From positions 49,860,464 through 49,924,463 of the forward strand of contig NC_043011.1 of NCBI RefSeq assembly GCF_006345805.1: a stretch of 64,000 nucleotides of DNA. Reading direction: 5' to 3'. Source of the DNA: Octopus sinensis (taxonomy: Eukaryota). The notes beneath the pieces were generated by a model. It had not been told where the DNA came from and made no database searches. It was given only the letters and a program-made list of their open reading frames with translations. The translations under genes were made by a program, and so were the position numbers. Position 1 is the first letter of the stretch, and each line of letters opens with the position of its first letter. Of the stretch, positions 1-10,978 are shown one piece after another.

Positions 1-372
1 CTCCAATTCCTGATGCGCACCCCTGCTGTCCACTCTCAACACCGAAAAACTCCATGCTATTGTGAGTAAATACAATAATTGTAGGCTTTTATCGTTATCT
101 TTCGGCTATTCGTTCGTTTATCCATTCGTACATTCTTACACTCTCGAACACCTTTAATATCTTATTCCTCTGCCTTGTCGTTTCTTTCTTCTTTCTCTCT
201 TTCGTGCACGCTTTCTTACAACAGCAAACACAACTACTACCACCACCACCACCACCACCACCACAGCAACAAAACAACATCACAGCTTCCAGTACTAGAT
301 TTTTAAAAATTTATAAACGCACGGTTGTTATACATATGTGTGTGTATATGTGTGTGAGTGTGTGTGCGTATA

Positions 373-410
<38 letters not shown>

Positions 411-744
411 AATGTATGTATATATGCAAACACCCATGCACGAGTAGATCTGTAAAGGAAGGAAAATAGTGTTCAATACATTAAGTGGTGATGTGCGTTT
501 TTTTGCGGATGTGCCTATGACTACGAAACTTTGAGTAATGTGGTGCTAAGTCAACACGTTGTGTGCTATTGAGTGACTTTGCGAGGGTATGCGTGTGAGT
601 GACTGTGTATGGGTTGGGTGTGTCTGTAAAATATTAAGCGAGACTTGCATTTTTTATTATATATATATATAATATAAATAATACATAGATATATGCATAT
701 ATATATATACATACATATACGTACATACCTACATATGTATGTAT

Positions 745-940
745 ATATACATGCATATATGGGTACAGGACATAAAAAAACGTTGAACCCGATGAGAAAG
801 GAAAACATTAAAAAAAACATAGAAATGATCTTTTTTTCGAACAACGAAAAAAATAAACAGAGAAACGAAACATGCAACATAAAAAATATTCCCCCCCTTC
901 AGTTGTCCCTGTTTCATCTATTCCGCGTTCGAAGGCAAGG
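745..940. repeat. Unclassified dispersed repeat; inverted sister copy at ~27585-27790
   Basis: CATGCATATATGGGTACAGGACA...CCCCTTCAGTTGTCCCTGTTTCATCTATTCCGCGTT matches the reverse complement of 27585-27790 (GAAACGCGGAGTAGATGAAACAAAGACGACTGAAGAAGGGG...GTACCCATATAGGCATG). Confidence 0.7.
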
Positions 941-974
941 ACAATACGCTACTTCGTTGCAGTAGTCCTTCCCG

Positions 975-1009
<35 letters not shown>

Positions 1010-1424
1010 CAATATTTCTTTTCGTTTGCTGCCCCGTCTTCAGGATGAAGTGATGTTGAGATATGTTACTGTCACTTTATACCACGCTAGGTCAAGTTGT
1101 TTAAGGTAGAACTGTGACGCATGATGTGGCAGCCTGGGTGAACCACTAATGTCTACGAAACTTCAAGTAATGCGGAGTTAACATGTTATGAAACATTTGT
1201 GTGCGTGCGTGTGGGTATGTGTGTGTGTATGCGTGTGCGTGGGCGCGTCTTGGAAGTTTTGTATACGTATAGTTTGTACAGGTGGATTGAGAACAGCATT
1301 GTTTTCTCATGTTAACCTCACCAAAGTTTTGTGGGCCACACCAATTGTAATTTTTAAGGAATATATAAGTTTAACAAGAAGTTTGTTTTAAGTGGCCGAA
1401 AGCGAACACTGTCTGCTTACACAG

Positions 1425-1678
1425 CAATAGTTTTCAACCGGGGTCCACGTGGCCCTTGCAGGCCTATTTAAGATTTTGCTGTCAAAATTTATATGCAGTA
1501 AATTGGTTATATTTCCAAAATGCAGAAAATATCTTTACAATTTTTATACAATCCCTAATAATTTTTTTAAGTATAAAAGTATGTTGTTGTTTTGTGTTTT
1601 CTCAATTGCTTATGGGATCCATCTGAGTAAAATAGGAATCAAAGGCGTCAATAGGCAAAAAATGGTTGAGAACCTCTC
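1425..1678. mobile_element. hAT (Charlie-like) MITE, 254 bp
   Basis: 15-bp imperfect TIRs CAATAGTTTTCAACC / GGTTGAGAACCTCTC resemble the hAT end CAGTGGTTCTCAACC; 8-bp TSD TTACACAG (1417-1424) / TTATACAG (1679-1686) with one mismatch. Confidence 0.75.
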
Positions 1679-1700
1679 TTATACAGCATCAACAAGAGTA

Positions 1701-2058
1701 ATTCCCTCCGCCTTAGCGAAATTAGAGGTATTGTTTTCAGTCGTATTTGTTTGTTTGTCTGTCCGTGGACAAGATATCTCAAGAACCGCTGGATGGATTC
1801 GGAGGAAACTTTCAGGGATGTTTGGCCTCGTGATTGGCACAAACTGATTAGATTTTGGTACCGGACAAGGATTCTGGATTATTTTTCCTCCTGCTTTTAC
1901 TTAATTTTTGAGCGTGGTCGGGTTCATTTTTAGTATTCTCGTTTGTGAGAGCTGTTGAGTTTATTTCATATATTCGCATTTTAAAAATCATCTCTGGCTA
2001 ATCGTTGAGAGGACGTTCGTGTTGCCTTGGGAGAGGATTGCGCTCTCAGAGTGCTCTT

Positions 2059-2062
<4 letters not shown>
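1701..2062 (+). mobile_element. Non-autonomous Helitron/Helentron-like element (HINE type)
   Basis: 5' CCCTCCGCC subterminal motif, internal GTTTGTTTGTCTGTC...CAAGATATCTCAAGAACC...TGGATGGATT, partial inverted subterminal motif near 2025, 3' hairpin GCGCTC-TCA-GAGTGC followed by TCTTGTT. Confidence 0.6.
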
Positions 2063-2100
<38 letters not shown>

Positions 2101-3204
2101 CGTATTCTGAATGGTAAGGTCAGGAAGGTTCTCAGGCACGTGACAGAAGCTTCTTGTAACACCATGGGTCAGTTAAAATAAGAACAAAGTACACATGTCA
2201 GAGTTTTATGAATAAACGCTATTTGTAATCTCGAATAATGGGTAGAATCTATATTATAAACTAATGAATTGGCATGGGTAACATCTAGAAATGCGGTATA
2301 CATAAAAATTAATATAATTTGAATTTTATCAAATTTCTTGGTGCTCATATAAAATGATGGAAAGAATACTAATTTTTAAAAAGGAAAAATATTTATTACC
2401 TGGAAATAAGAATTAAATGAAACAAATTTCTCATTTCTATAACTCCACCGAGACTACTGAGTAATTAATTCCCCCTCCTTCTCTTCCTCCTCCTCCTCCT
2501 CCTCCCTTCTCCTCCTCCCTTTCTCCTCCCCTTTCTCCTCCTCCTCTTGCTCCTCGCCATCTTCCTCTTCTTCTGCCCTCCTCATACTCGTCTTCCATCA
2601 CCTATTTCTCCTCTTCTCTCTTTCTATGATTCGTTACCTCTCTTTGTGCGTGTGTTCGTCTGTGTGTGCGTGTGTGTATGTGTGTATGTTTGCGTGCAGC
2701 AGCGTTGTTTTACTCATTGCCTAGCACCGAGCCTACTACACGCACTCATTGTGCACCCTTTTACATCAACTCACCCTGCTTCTCTCTGTTATTCTCTTCC
2801 TCCCTCCCTCCCTCCCTCCCACCTCTATCCATTAGATGAAAAGCGTTAAGTGATGAAATCAGCAACCCATCGAAAACGCAACCAACATTCATATCTTTTT
2901 TGCTATTTCAGTGCGGTATTAATATAAAAAAATGGAGCAAAAGAAAAATGAAGAAGCAAAACGAATTCTTTTTAAAATGTTTAGTCCCTGTCCTCTTAAA
3001 AACATTAAAAGAAAATGCAATGATGATGTTAACTTCTTGGTAGGTTTCAAGTCTGGTGGCAACCGGCCAGTTTGTATTGAATGTGGTATAAATCTCACTT
3101 ACTAATGATTCTAAGAAAAGAAAATTGAACTAGAATTTTATCAGTAAAGAAAATATCTATTGTCTTCCGGTAAAGGAAGGCAGAAATTCGAAGAAAAAAA
3201 AGAG

Positions 3205-3209
3205 ACGAC

Positions 3210-3303
<94 letters not shown>

Positions 3304-3486
3304 TAATAATGATAATGATGATGATGATGATGATGATCATAATAAAATAATAATGAGAATAATAATATTAATAATAATAATATAATAATAATAATAATAA
3401 TAATAATTAATAATAATAATAATGATTAATAATGATAATGATGATGATGATGATGAGATGATAATAATAATAATATAATAATAATG

Positions 3487-3558
<72 letters not shown>

Positions 3559-3628
3559 TAATAATGATAATGATGATGATGATGATGATGATAATAATAA
3601 TAATAATAATAATGATAATAATAATAAT
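3205..3628. repeat. Compound (GAT)n/(AAT)n microsatellite
   Basis: Direct inspection; explains the poly-Ile ORFs. Confidence 0.95.
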
Positions 3629-4342
3629 AATTATAATACTGTGTGCCAAATTGGAGGATTTTTTCCTATTTTTTTTCTTTTTCTTTCGTTGCGAAAAGAA
3701 GAATCAGTTAAAAATGAAAACTTTGAAGTCTAGTTACATGGCCTCTGGAATAATTGTTTCGATTTTTAAGTACAAGGTCTGCAGATTTCAAAGGAAAGGG
3801 GGCGGAGTTCATCGATTCGATTAACTCTAGTACTTGACTTATACTATGTTTTATTATTTTACAGAGGAGTGACAGGGTAAAATTACATCGGTAGAATTTC
3901 GAAATTAGAACGTAAAGAGCCGGAAGAAACGAGCGTTTTGTCTGATGCGTTAATGGTTCCGTCAATCCAACGTTGTTGGCGTCCGAAACGATAATGAAAG
4001 TAGACACGTAGATATACCACGAGTTTATGGTGGAAAAAAAGCTTGTTAAGACACTTTCGTTGGGCTTTTGCCAAAGAACATCTTGAAAATAATGTTATCA
4101 AACGATATAAGGGCGAACAAACACGTGCGCGCATGCACACGCACTCGCACACATACACTTACACACATTTACACACTCTCACACATGTACATATATGTAT
4201 ATATATACATATATGTATATATATATATAAATATATATATATTTATATATATATTTACACACTCTGACACATATACATATATGTATATATATATATAAAT
4301 ATATATACATACATGCATACATACATATATATATATATATAT

Positions 4343-4620
4343 ATCACGTGATCACGTGACCGACCAGACCATCAGATGTTGTTACACATCGCTGGTCACA
4401 ATGCATTCGCATTGTTTTAGCCTTCGAATGACGCCACCCCGCTGGCTAAGCGAGCAAGCCAACAGAAGAAAGAGTGGGAGAAAGAGTGGTGAAAGAGTAC
4501 AGCAGGGATCACCACCCCCTACCGGAGCTCTTAGGTGTTTTCGCTCAATAAACACTCACAACGCCCGCGATCCTACGACCGCGAGTCCGCTGCCCTAACC
4601 TCTGGGCCATTGCGCCTCCA
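4343..4620 (-). mobile_element. tRNA-derived SINE (GGAGGCGCAATGGCCCAG head family), B box lost by a short deletion
   Basis: Reverse complement starts TGGAGGCGCAATGGCCCAGAGGTTAGGGCAGCGGACTCGCGG (A box); about 20 nt present in the 60805-61189 copy (GGTTTCGATTCCCAGACCGG) are missing here. Confidence 0.85.
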
Positions 4621-4631
4621 CATATATATAC

Positions 4632-4665
<34 letters not shown>

Positions 4666-4666
<1 letters not shown>

Positions 4667-4845
4667 GACCACGCGTGTACCGTTGGCGATTTTTTTCCTC
4701 CGTCTTCCCTTTGCATCTTTCCTTTTCCTATGTTTCTGACGAAGAGCTCCACTCGAAACGTTAAATCCTCCTTCTTCCCTTCATTCCTGAGCGTCCAATA
4801 ATACTATACTTGTTCCACGTCCTCGCGTTGTTGTGCTTTCTCTTT
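4666..4845 (+). ncRNA. Short dispersed repeat carrying a type-I hammerhead-ribozyme-like motif (core 4731-4800)
   Basis: CTGACGA (4736-4742), A, stem II GAG/CTC, GAAA (4755-4758), stem III ACGTT/AGCGT, GTC triplet ending at 4795. Sister copy at 8640-8825 on the minus strand. Confidence 0.55.
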
Positions 4846-5082
4846 TAAAGCCTAGCCAGGCTCATAGGCCCGGTTCTCAGGTCTCTATGGCGTATGAGTT
4901 TCCCAGCTGAACGGAATGCCAGTCCATCGCAGCGTTACTCATTTCTGCCAGCTGAGTGAACTGGAGCAACGTGAACTGAAGTGTTTTGCTCAAGAACACA
5001 ACGCATCGCCCGGTCCAGGAATCGAAACCACAATCTTACGATCATGATGCTGACATCCTAATCACTAAACCACGCGCCTCCA
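4846..5082 (-). mobile_element. tRNA-derived SINE with CORE/Meta-like central domain
   Basis: Reverse complement TGGAGGCGCGTGGTTTAGTGATTAGG...GGTTTCGATTCC...GTGTTCTTGAGCAAAACACTT...GCTCCAGTTCACTCAGCTG...TGCGATGGACTGGC. Confidence 0.85.
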
Positions 5083-5175
5083 CATACCAACACGTATGCA
5101 TTCGTTTTGTTATCTAATAACCACAACCAAATTTCCGATTCCCGGGAGGAAGGTGCTATAAGGTAGCGTACCACC

Positions 5176-7000
5176 ATGATGGATAAAATAACACTGGATG
5201 TCTCACTAAAGGACATACCTATACCCAATAGGAAGGATTATTCATATACGCGATCTTTTGGAGAAAACCAACCAATTTGTACATAGATTTGATGACTTAC
5301 TAAGAAAAGTATAGTATTCAAATTTAGGAGGAATCCACTGACTAACCAACACCTAACCAGATTTGAAGAGGAATTATATAGAATGATTAAGAACGTGAAG
5401 TTTTAATGTACATCAGCAGAAAATCAGAAATTATTTGTATATTATGGAATAGATTAGATAGGGAGAATGCTTTTGATATAGCAATGGGGTCATCTCACTC
5501 TGCACAGGTCACAGACTTAGTCGGAATGTATATTCTTTCGTTAATCCAGTCTTCAGTATCAGGCGTCATCTATATAGGGATGATGCCTTATTTTTTCTGG
5601 ACAGAAGTAGCAAAGTACAATTATAAACGCGTAGAAAAGATTTCTTTCAATTGAAAAAGAAAAGAAAATAGGATTAAACATTACTATGTGAAAAGATTAT
5701 CGTAGAATAAATTTTCTTGACGCTACTTTCTGTCTTGATGCCGGATCATTTCATAAGCCAAATGCTCATATTAAGTACATTAACGGAGCATCCGACCACC
5801 CACTCTCGATAATACAGAGATTAGTTAAGAATATTTCTACAAGAATTTCTAGATTACCTACAAATAATAAAATTTTCGAATCACATGCAAATTATCATAA
5901 TGCTGCTGGGTACCGTGAAAAATTCAATATATACAGAAGCAGGCATATACAACACTGGTAATTCCTCCAATAGTAATACACATTGTACAACATCACAACT
6001 TCACGGTATGAGAACCCACTCAGATAGAGAATATAGGCCAGCAAGAATTGGTCAAGACAATGAACTACCAACGAAAACTCATAGACACACACGACAGGAT
6101 AATCCAACAGCTTGTTCTAATCAGATACATCACGCTCCATCAAATAAGCGTAACAACAGATATACGAATCAGGATTTCCTCTGGTGCAACCCAATTTTCG
6201 TTTCGCGTGTTTCAAACAAGATCACTGGAAAATTTTTTGCCGCTTTGGACAAATGTTTTCCTAAATCTAATCGATATCATGCTATTTTTAATTGGCACAC
6301 AGTGAAGATATCCTACGCTAATTCTGGTAATTTAGAGCCGCTTATGCTCCACGTAAACAATAATAATAATACGACAACAATTTAATAACCCGCCTACTGG
6401 ATTTAGCGAACATATGCATTTAAATACCAACAAAGGAGGTGTAAACCGCAATGAAAAGCACCAATTACGGCCAAATTGCAATAGTAGAAATGCTTAAGAT
6501 ATAGCTAACACATTTATTTGTAAGTATGTCAGTTCTTATGGAGTCGGAAAATGGAGTCAGAACTGCCATACTAACAAATAAATATCATAAATTCTCATGC
6601 TGAGAAAAATCAAAATGCCCTTTGACGAACCTGTGTATGAGTGCAAATCTAGTATATAAATGTACCGTGCACACAAGGGGATGGCCGTGTATTTACATTG
6701 GGCAGACAGCTGATTCATGTAAGAAACGTTATTGCGACTTTGTCATCAAGCTTTAAGAGCATCAATAGGAGACATTCAACATCTTTGGCCGATTTTGTAT
6801 GGTGACTGAAGGAGGATAAAAGAAAGTACAACATAATTTGTCCATAGTAAGGCACGCGAAACCATACACTATCATTGCCAGGAGATGCCGACTCTGCTCC
6901 GAGGCATCCCTGTCTATTCTGTGGACCAATGAAAAGATCATTAATAGAATTTCTGAAAGACTCAAGATTCCTACAAGCATATAAGTGTACTTCCGCACAA
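5176..7000 (+). pseudogene. Decayed Penelope-like retroelement ORF (RT + GIY-YIG endonuclease), Naiad-like, internally deleted
   Basis: CCACC-ATG at 5176 gives MMDKITLDVSLKDIPIPNRKDY; then FEEELYRMIKNVKF, FDIAMGSSHSAQVTDLVGMYIL, LYRDDAL (RT catalytic motif after a frameshift), LWCNP..FPKSNRY..VKISY, SC*EKSKCPL, VYKC...IYIGQT..KKRY, and C-terminal RCRLC. Multiple stops and frameshifts. Confidence 0.88.
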
Positions 7001-7653
7001 TGCAGTGAGAATGAGTTTGAGTAACTGTCAACAAAATTTACTTTAAGGTATGGACGAATTAAGTTTAGTTTTAACCTTCCCATTCTTATAAACACCGAGT
7101 AGCTATTTAACTCGCTTTGTAATCATGATTGCAACAAGCCACACGTGTGCGTATGCTTACATTTTCGCGGATGCATGTATGAGCGAGTATACACACGCCA
7201 CGCGGCTTGCGAGAGGGCGTTTATACGTCAAAATTTGTTAACGTTTGTTTTTAATACTTTTCTCGGTGTATTGCGTGTTCGTTTCTTTTTCTTCTTTTTT
7301 TCTGCATCTGTGATTTTATTTGTGATCTTTGATGTAAATGAAGTTATTTTCTTCGCTTTGCTGCTTTCTCTTTCTACGAAATGAGAAAATATAATTGCGA
7401 AACTGTAACTTTAACGAGTTGTGTCTATTTATCGCCCCATGAGAGACAGCTACACCGCCATTGTTAAGTGTCCCATCTGTGAGGAGGTCGATGCTAGATA
7501 AGGAGAAACAATTCTCCTGATTAATAATAAATTCTCGTATATTCCATCTGCCGTCTTTCTTTTACCATATAAATATATATATATATAACATGGTGAATTA
7601 GTTATACACAACCTTAAATACATGTATGCATATATATATACATACATATATAC

Positions 7654-7707
<54 letters not shown>

Positions 7708-8639
7708 CATATATACATGTATGCGTATATATATATATATATACACACATACATACACAAACACATATATACGCATACACACTTTCCCATTTATATATAT
7801 ATGTATATGCATGCATGTATATCGTTATATATATATATATATGCACATATATACACACACACATACACACACAAATACACACAAATACATACACACACAT
7901 GCATACACACACACACATATACGGTGAGTGCCTATTTGTAAGAAATTATAGTGTACTTATGTATTTAAATTGAGATACGAAAATAAATTGTCGATGCAGA
8001 CACAAAGGCCACGATAGATAAATGAATAAATAATCATACAGAAAGAATCTTACTCCTTTCTTAATCCCCTCTTGCTACCTTAATGATTCATCTCATCGTT
8101 TCTAGTACTTCTACCACTTACCTTTATTTAAATTCTCTCCAGCCCATATATCTTCCGATTCGCATCTACACGTAGCAATACTGTCTTAAGAGGTACAGCG
8201 ACACTACGTATGTTTCCGGTGGCATCAAGGATATAGGTGCCCAATTCTGATCTACGTATGCGATGGTTTGTTGTCAGTAAATAAATACTGTAAGACCAAC
8301 CGCATTGAATTGCCCGGGAGCTTATAATGCTGCTGAGGGAGCCCTGGCGCAAGGTAATAATACGCATTCAATTGGCCCTCAGTAATTGAAGCTAACCACG
8401 GTCTAAATATGGGTCAGAAGCTTTAAGATATCCTTTAGTATCATGAATATTACATCGATAGCGTCGTTTGGTGGAATTCTATTAAAAGGTGTCCAAATCA
8501 TATGTGTATACACACACACATACATACATGCACACACATACACACGCAAATACATATACATATACATGCACGCACATAAACACGCAAATACATATACATA
8601 TACATACACACACACACACACACACACACACTGAAACTT

Positions 8640-8825
8640 GAACAAGCAAGAAAAAACAACAACGCGAGGACGTGGAATAAGTACAGTGTTATTGGACGCT
8701 CAGTAAAGGAAAAGAAAGAAAGAGGATTTCACGTTTCGAGCGGTGCTCTTCATCAGAAATATAGAAAAAGTCCAAAGAAGGCAAGACAGAGAGAGAAAAT
8801 CGCCAACAATACACACGCGGTCACA
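8640..8825 (-). ncRNA. Second copy of the hammerhead-like short repeat (core 8690-8761), best preserved
   Basis: Reverse complement: TATTT-CTGATGA-A-GAGC-ACC-GCTC-GAAA-CGTG...TGAGCGTC^CAATA; intact CUGAUGA and GAAA, 4-bp stem II. Confidence 0.6.
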
Positions 8826-8856
8826 CCCGCACGCACACACACACACACACACACAC

Positions 8857-8894
<38 letters not shown>

Positions 8895-8895
<1 letters not shown>

Positions 8896-9108
8896 AGACA
8901 AAATAGAGTGAAAAACTACAGAAGACTTGTATTATATGGTTAAAGAATATATTTAAATCGTTATGCTAGAAAAATGTTATAAAATTTTGTGTAAAGTAAC
9001 ATTGTTCTTCGAGAAAATTTTATGACATTTTTCTAACGTAACGATTTAAATATATCCTTTAACCATATAACACAAGTCTTCTGTAGTTTTTTCACTCTAT
9101 TTTGTCTT
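8895..9108. repeat. Fold-back element, ~94-bp imperfect arms, ~25-bp spacer, next to (TA)n
   Basis: AAGACAAAATAGAGTGAAAAACTACAGAAGACTTGT... (8895-8988) versus ...ACAAGTCTTCTGTAGTTTTTTCACTCTATTTTGTCTT (9014-9108). Confidence 0.9.
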
Positions 9109-9177
9109 TTATACATCCAACCACGTGCTTTCGCATACCAACTCTCAAACCTACATATATATATATATATATATATA

Positions 9178-9305
9178 TAGGCGCAGCAATGGCTGTGTGG
9201 TAAGTAAGTCGCTTCCCGAACACAAGTGACTTCTACTATGGCCTCGGAGTAACTAAAGCCTTGTGAGTGGAATCGGTAGACGGAAACTGACTGAAAAACC
9301 CGTTG
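9178..9305 (+). mobile_element. 5' fragment of the abundant tRNA-derived SINE family A (GGCTGTGTGGTAAG head)
   Basis: GGCTGTGTGGTAAGTA...CTTCTACTAT...AAAGCCTTGTGAGTGG...GGTAGACGGAAACTGA shared with many copies in the window. Confidence 0.8.
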
Positions 9306-9306
9306 G

Positions 9307-9358
<52 letters not shown>

Positions 9359-9619
9359 GCACATACAGATATATATGTAACTTAATAGAAAGAGTTAGGC
9401 GCAATAACATTCAATAAAGGAAAATAATTATCGTAAGTAATTGTGACTGAGGGTGCCAAAGCACCTATATTGTTGGAATTAAAAGTTAAAGACTCTTAAT
9501 GCTGTTAATGACTCTTCTTAAACCATTAAGAGTCTCTAACTTTGTTTATAGCAATATATGTGCTTCAGCACCGTCAGTCGCATTTAGTGGCGAGGAAATA
9601 TGTATGTGTGTATATATAG

Positions 9620-10035
9620 GCACAGGAGTGGCTGTGTGGTAAGTAGCTTGCTTACCTATCACATGATTCCGGGTTCAGTCCCACCGCGTGGCACCTTGGG
9701 CAAGTGTCTTCTACTATAGCCTCTGGCTGACCAAAGCCTTCTGAATGAATTTGGTAGCCGGAAACTGAAAGAAGCCCGTCGTATATATGTATATGTATAT
9801 ATATATATGTGTGTGTGTGTGTGTGGTCTGTGTATCTGTGTTTGTCCCCCTCCCATATCACTTGACAACCGATGCTGGTGTGTTTACGTCCCCGTAACCT
9901 AGCGGTTCGGCAAAAGACACCGATAGAATAAGTACTTGGCTTACAAAGAAGTCCTGGGGTCGATTTGCTCGACTAAAGGCAGTGCTCCAGCATGGCCGCA
10001 GTCAAATGACCAATACAAGTAAAAGAGTAAAAGAA
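9620..10035 (+). mobile_element. Full-length SINE family A with internal (TA)/(TG) microsatellite
   Basis: Head GGAGTGGCTGTGTGGTAAGTAGC..GGGTTCAGTCCC (A/B box-like), central microsatellite, tail GTGCTCCAGCATGGCCGCAGTCAAATGAC..AAGTAAAAGAG. Confidence 0.9.
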
Positions 10036-10298
10036 TATGCGTATGTGCCTGTTTGTTTTTTTCTTTTGTCTGTCTTCGTTTTTGAGTTTGTTCCCTACCA
10101 CTCCTTGACAACCTGTGTTGGTGTAATTGCGCCCCTGTAAACTAGCGGTTCGACAAAAGAGAACCATAAAATAAGTACCAAATTTAACAAAAAACTAAGC
10201 ACTCGGGCTGATTCAGTCGACTAATGATTTTTTTCAAGGCAGTGCGATAGCATAGCTGCTGTCTAATCACTGAAACAAGTAAAACACAAAAGATAATG

Positions 10299-10299
<1 letters not shown>

Positions 10300-10331
<32 letters not shown>

Positions 10332-10409
10332 TGTATGTATGTATGTATGTATGTATGTATGTATGTATGTACGTATGTATATATGTATGTATGTATGTAT
10401 ATATGTATG

Positions 10410-10443
<34 letters not shown>

Positions 10444-10480
10444 TGTATGTATGTATGTATGTATGTATGTATGCATATAG
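10300..10480. repeat. (TATG)n tetranucleotide microsatellite
   Basis: Direct inspection. Confidence 0.95.
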
Positions 10481-10599
10481 GTATGTATGTCTCTTCTATT
10501 ATTTAATTATTATAAATCTTCTACTGAGGAGAGAGTTGGTTTCCAACAAAGACACAAGGCTCCATCTTTGGGATGTAGTTAATACAGACAAATTCACAT

Positions 10600-10932
10600 T
10601 TGGTACTTGAGAAAAGTCTATCAACGGTAGAAAGGTCTATCTACGACGTAAGTTAAATTTATATTAACTGTAGGAGTATTTTGGTTTGGTCATAAAGTAA
10701 AAAGTAAAAATCAAAATCTCGGGATTTACAGAAATTAAAATGATAACAGTTAAATAAATAACGGTTAACTGTTATAGGAGCGGCTGTGTGATAAGTAGCT
10801 TGCTTACTAACCACATGGTTCCGGGTTCAGTCCCACTGCATAGCATCTTGGACAAGTGTCTTCGACTATAGCCTCAGGGCGACCAAAGCCTGGTGAGTGG
10901 ATTTGGTAGACGGAAACTAAAAGAAGCCTGCC

Positions 10933-10978
<46 letters not shown>

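Noticed and set aside
1-70. Possible exon end with GTGAGT donor at 62-67
   Set aside because: One short open frame with no recognisable protein similarity and no partner exon.
4560-4620. tRNA-like heads here and at 14599, 16858, 41989, 52890 and 61110 as tRNA genes
   Set aside because: Acceptor and anticodon stems do not pair properly, and each runs into a SINE body or repeat tail.
6601-6603. In-frame TGA in the PLE Cys-rich linker as selenocysteine (known in some Naiads)
   Set aside because: It aligns with AGA (Arg) in the sister copy at ~56670, not with a Cys position; the ORF has many other lesions and I saw no clear SECIS.
6848-6860. TAAGGCACGCG resembling miR-124
   Set aside because: Only an 11-nt match, inside PLE coding sequence, with no precursor hairpin.
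6715-7095. 126-aa minus-strand ORF as a LINE C-terminus
   Set aside because: It is the antisense of the plus-strand PLE endonuclease region.
8119-8367. Minus-strand ORF or small exon with a GTAAG donor near 8120
   Set aside because: No recognisable domain; the frames close quickly and no linked exons were found.
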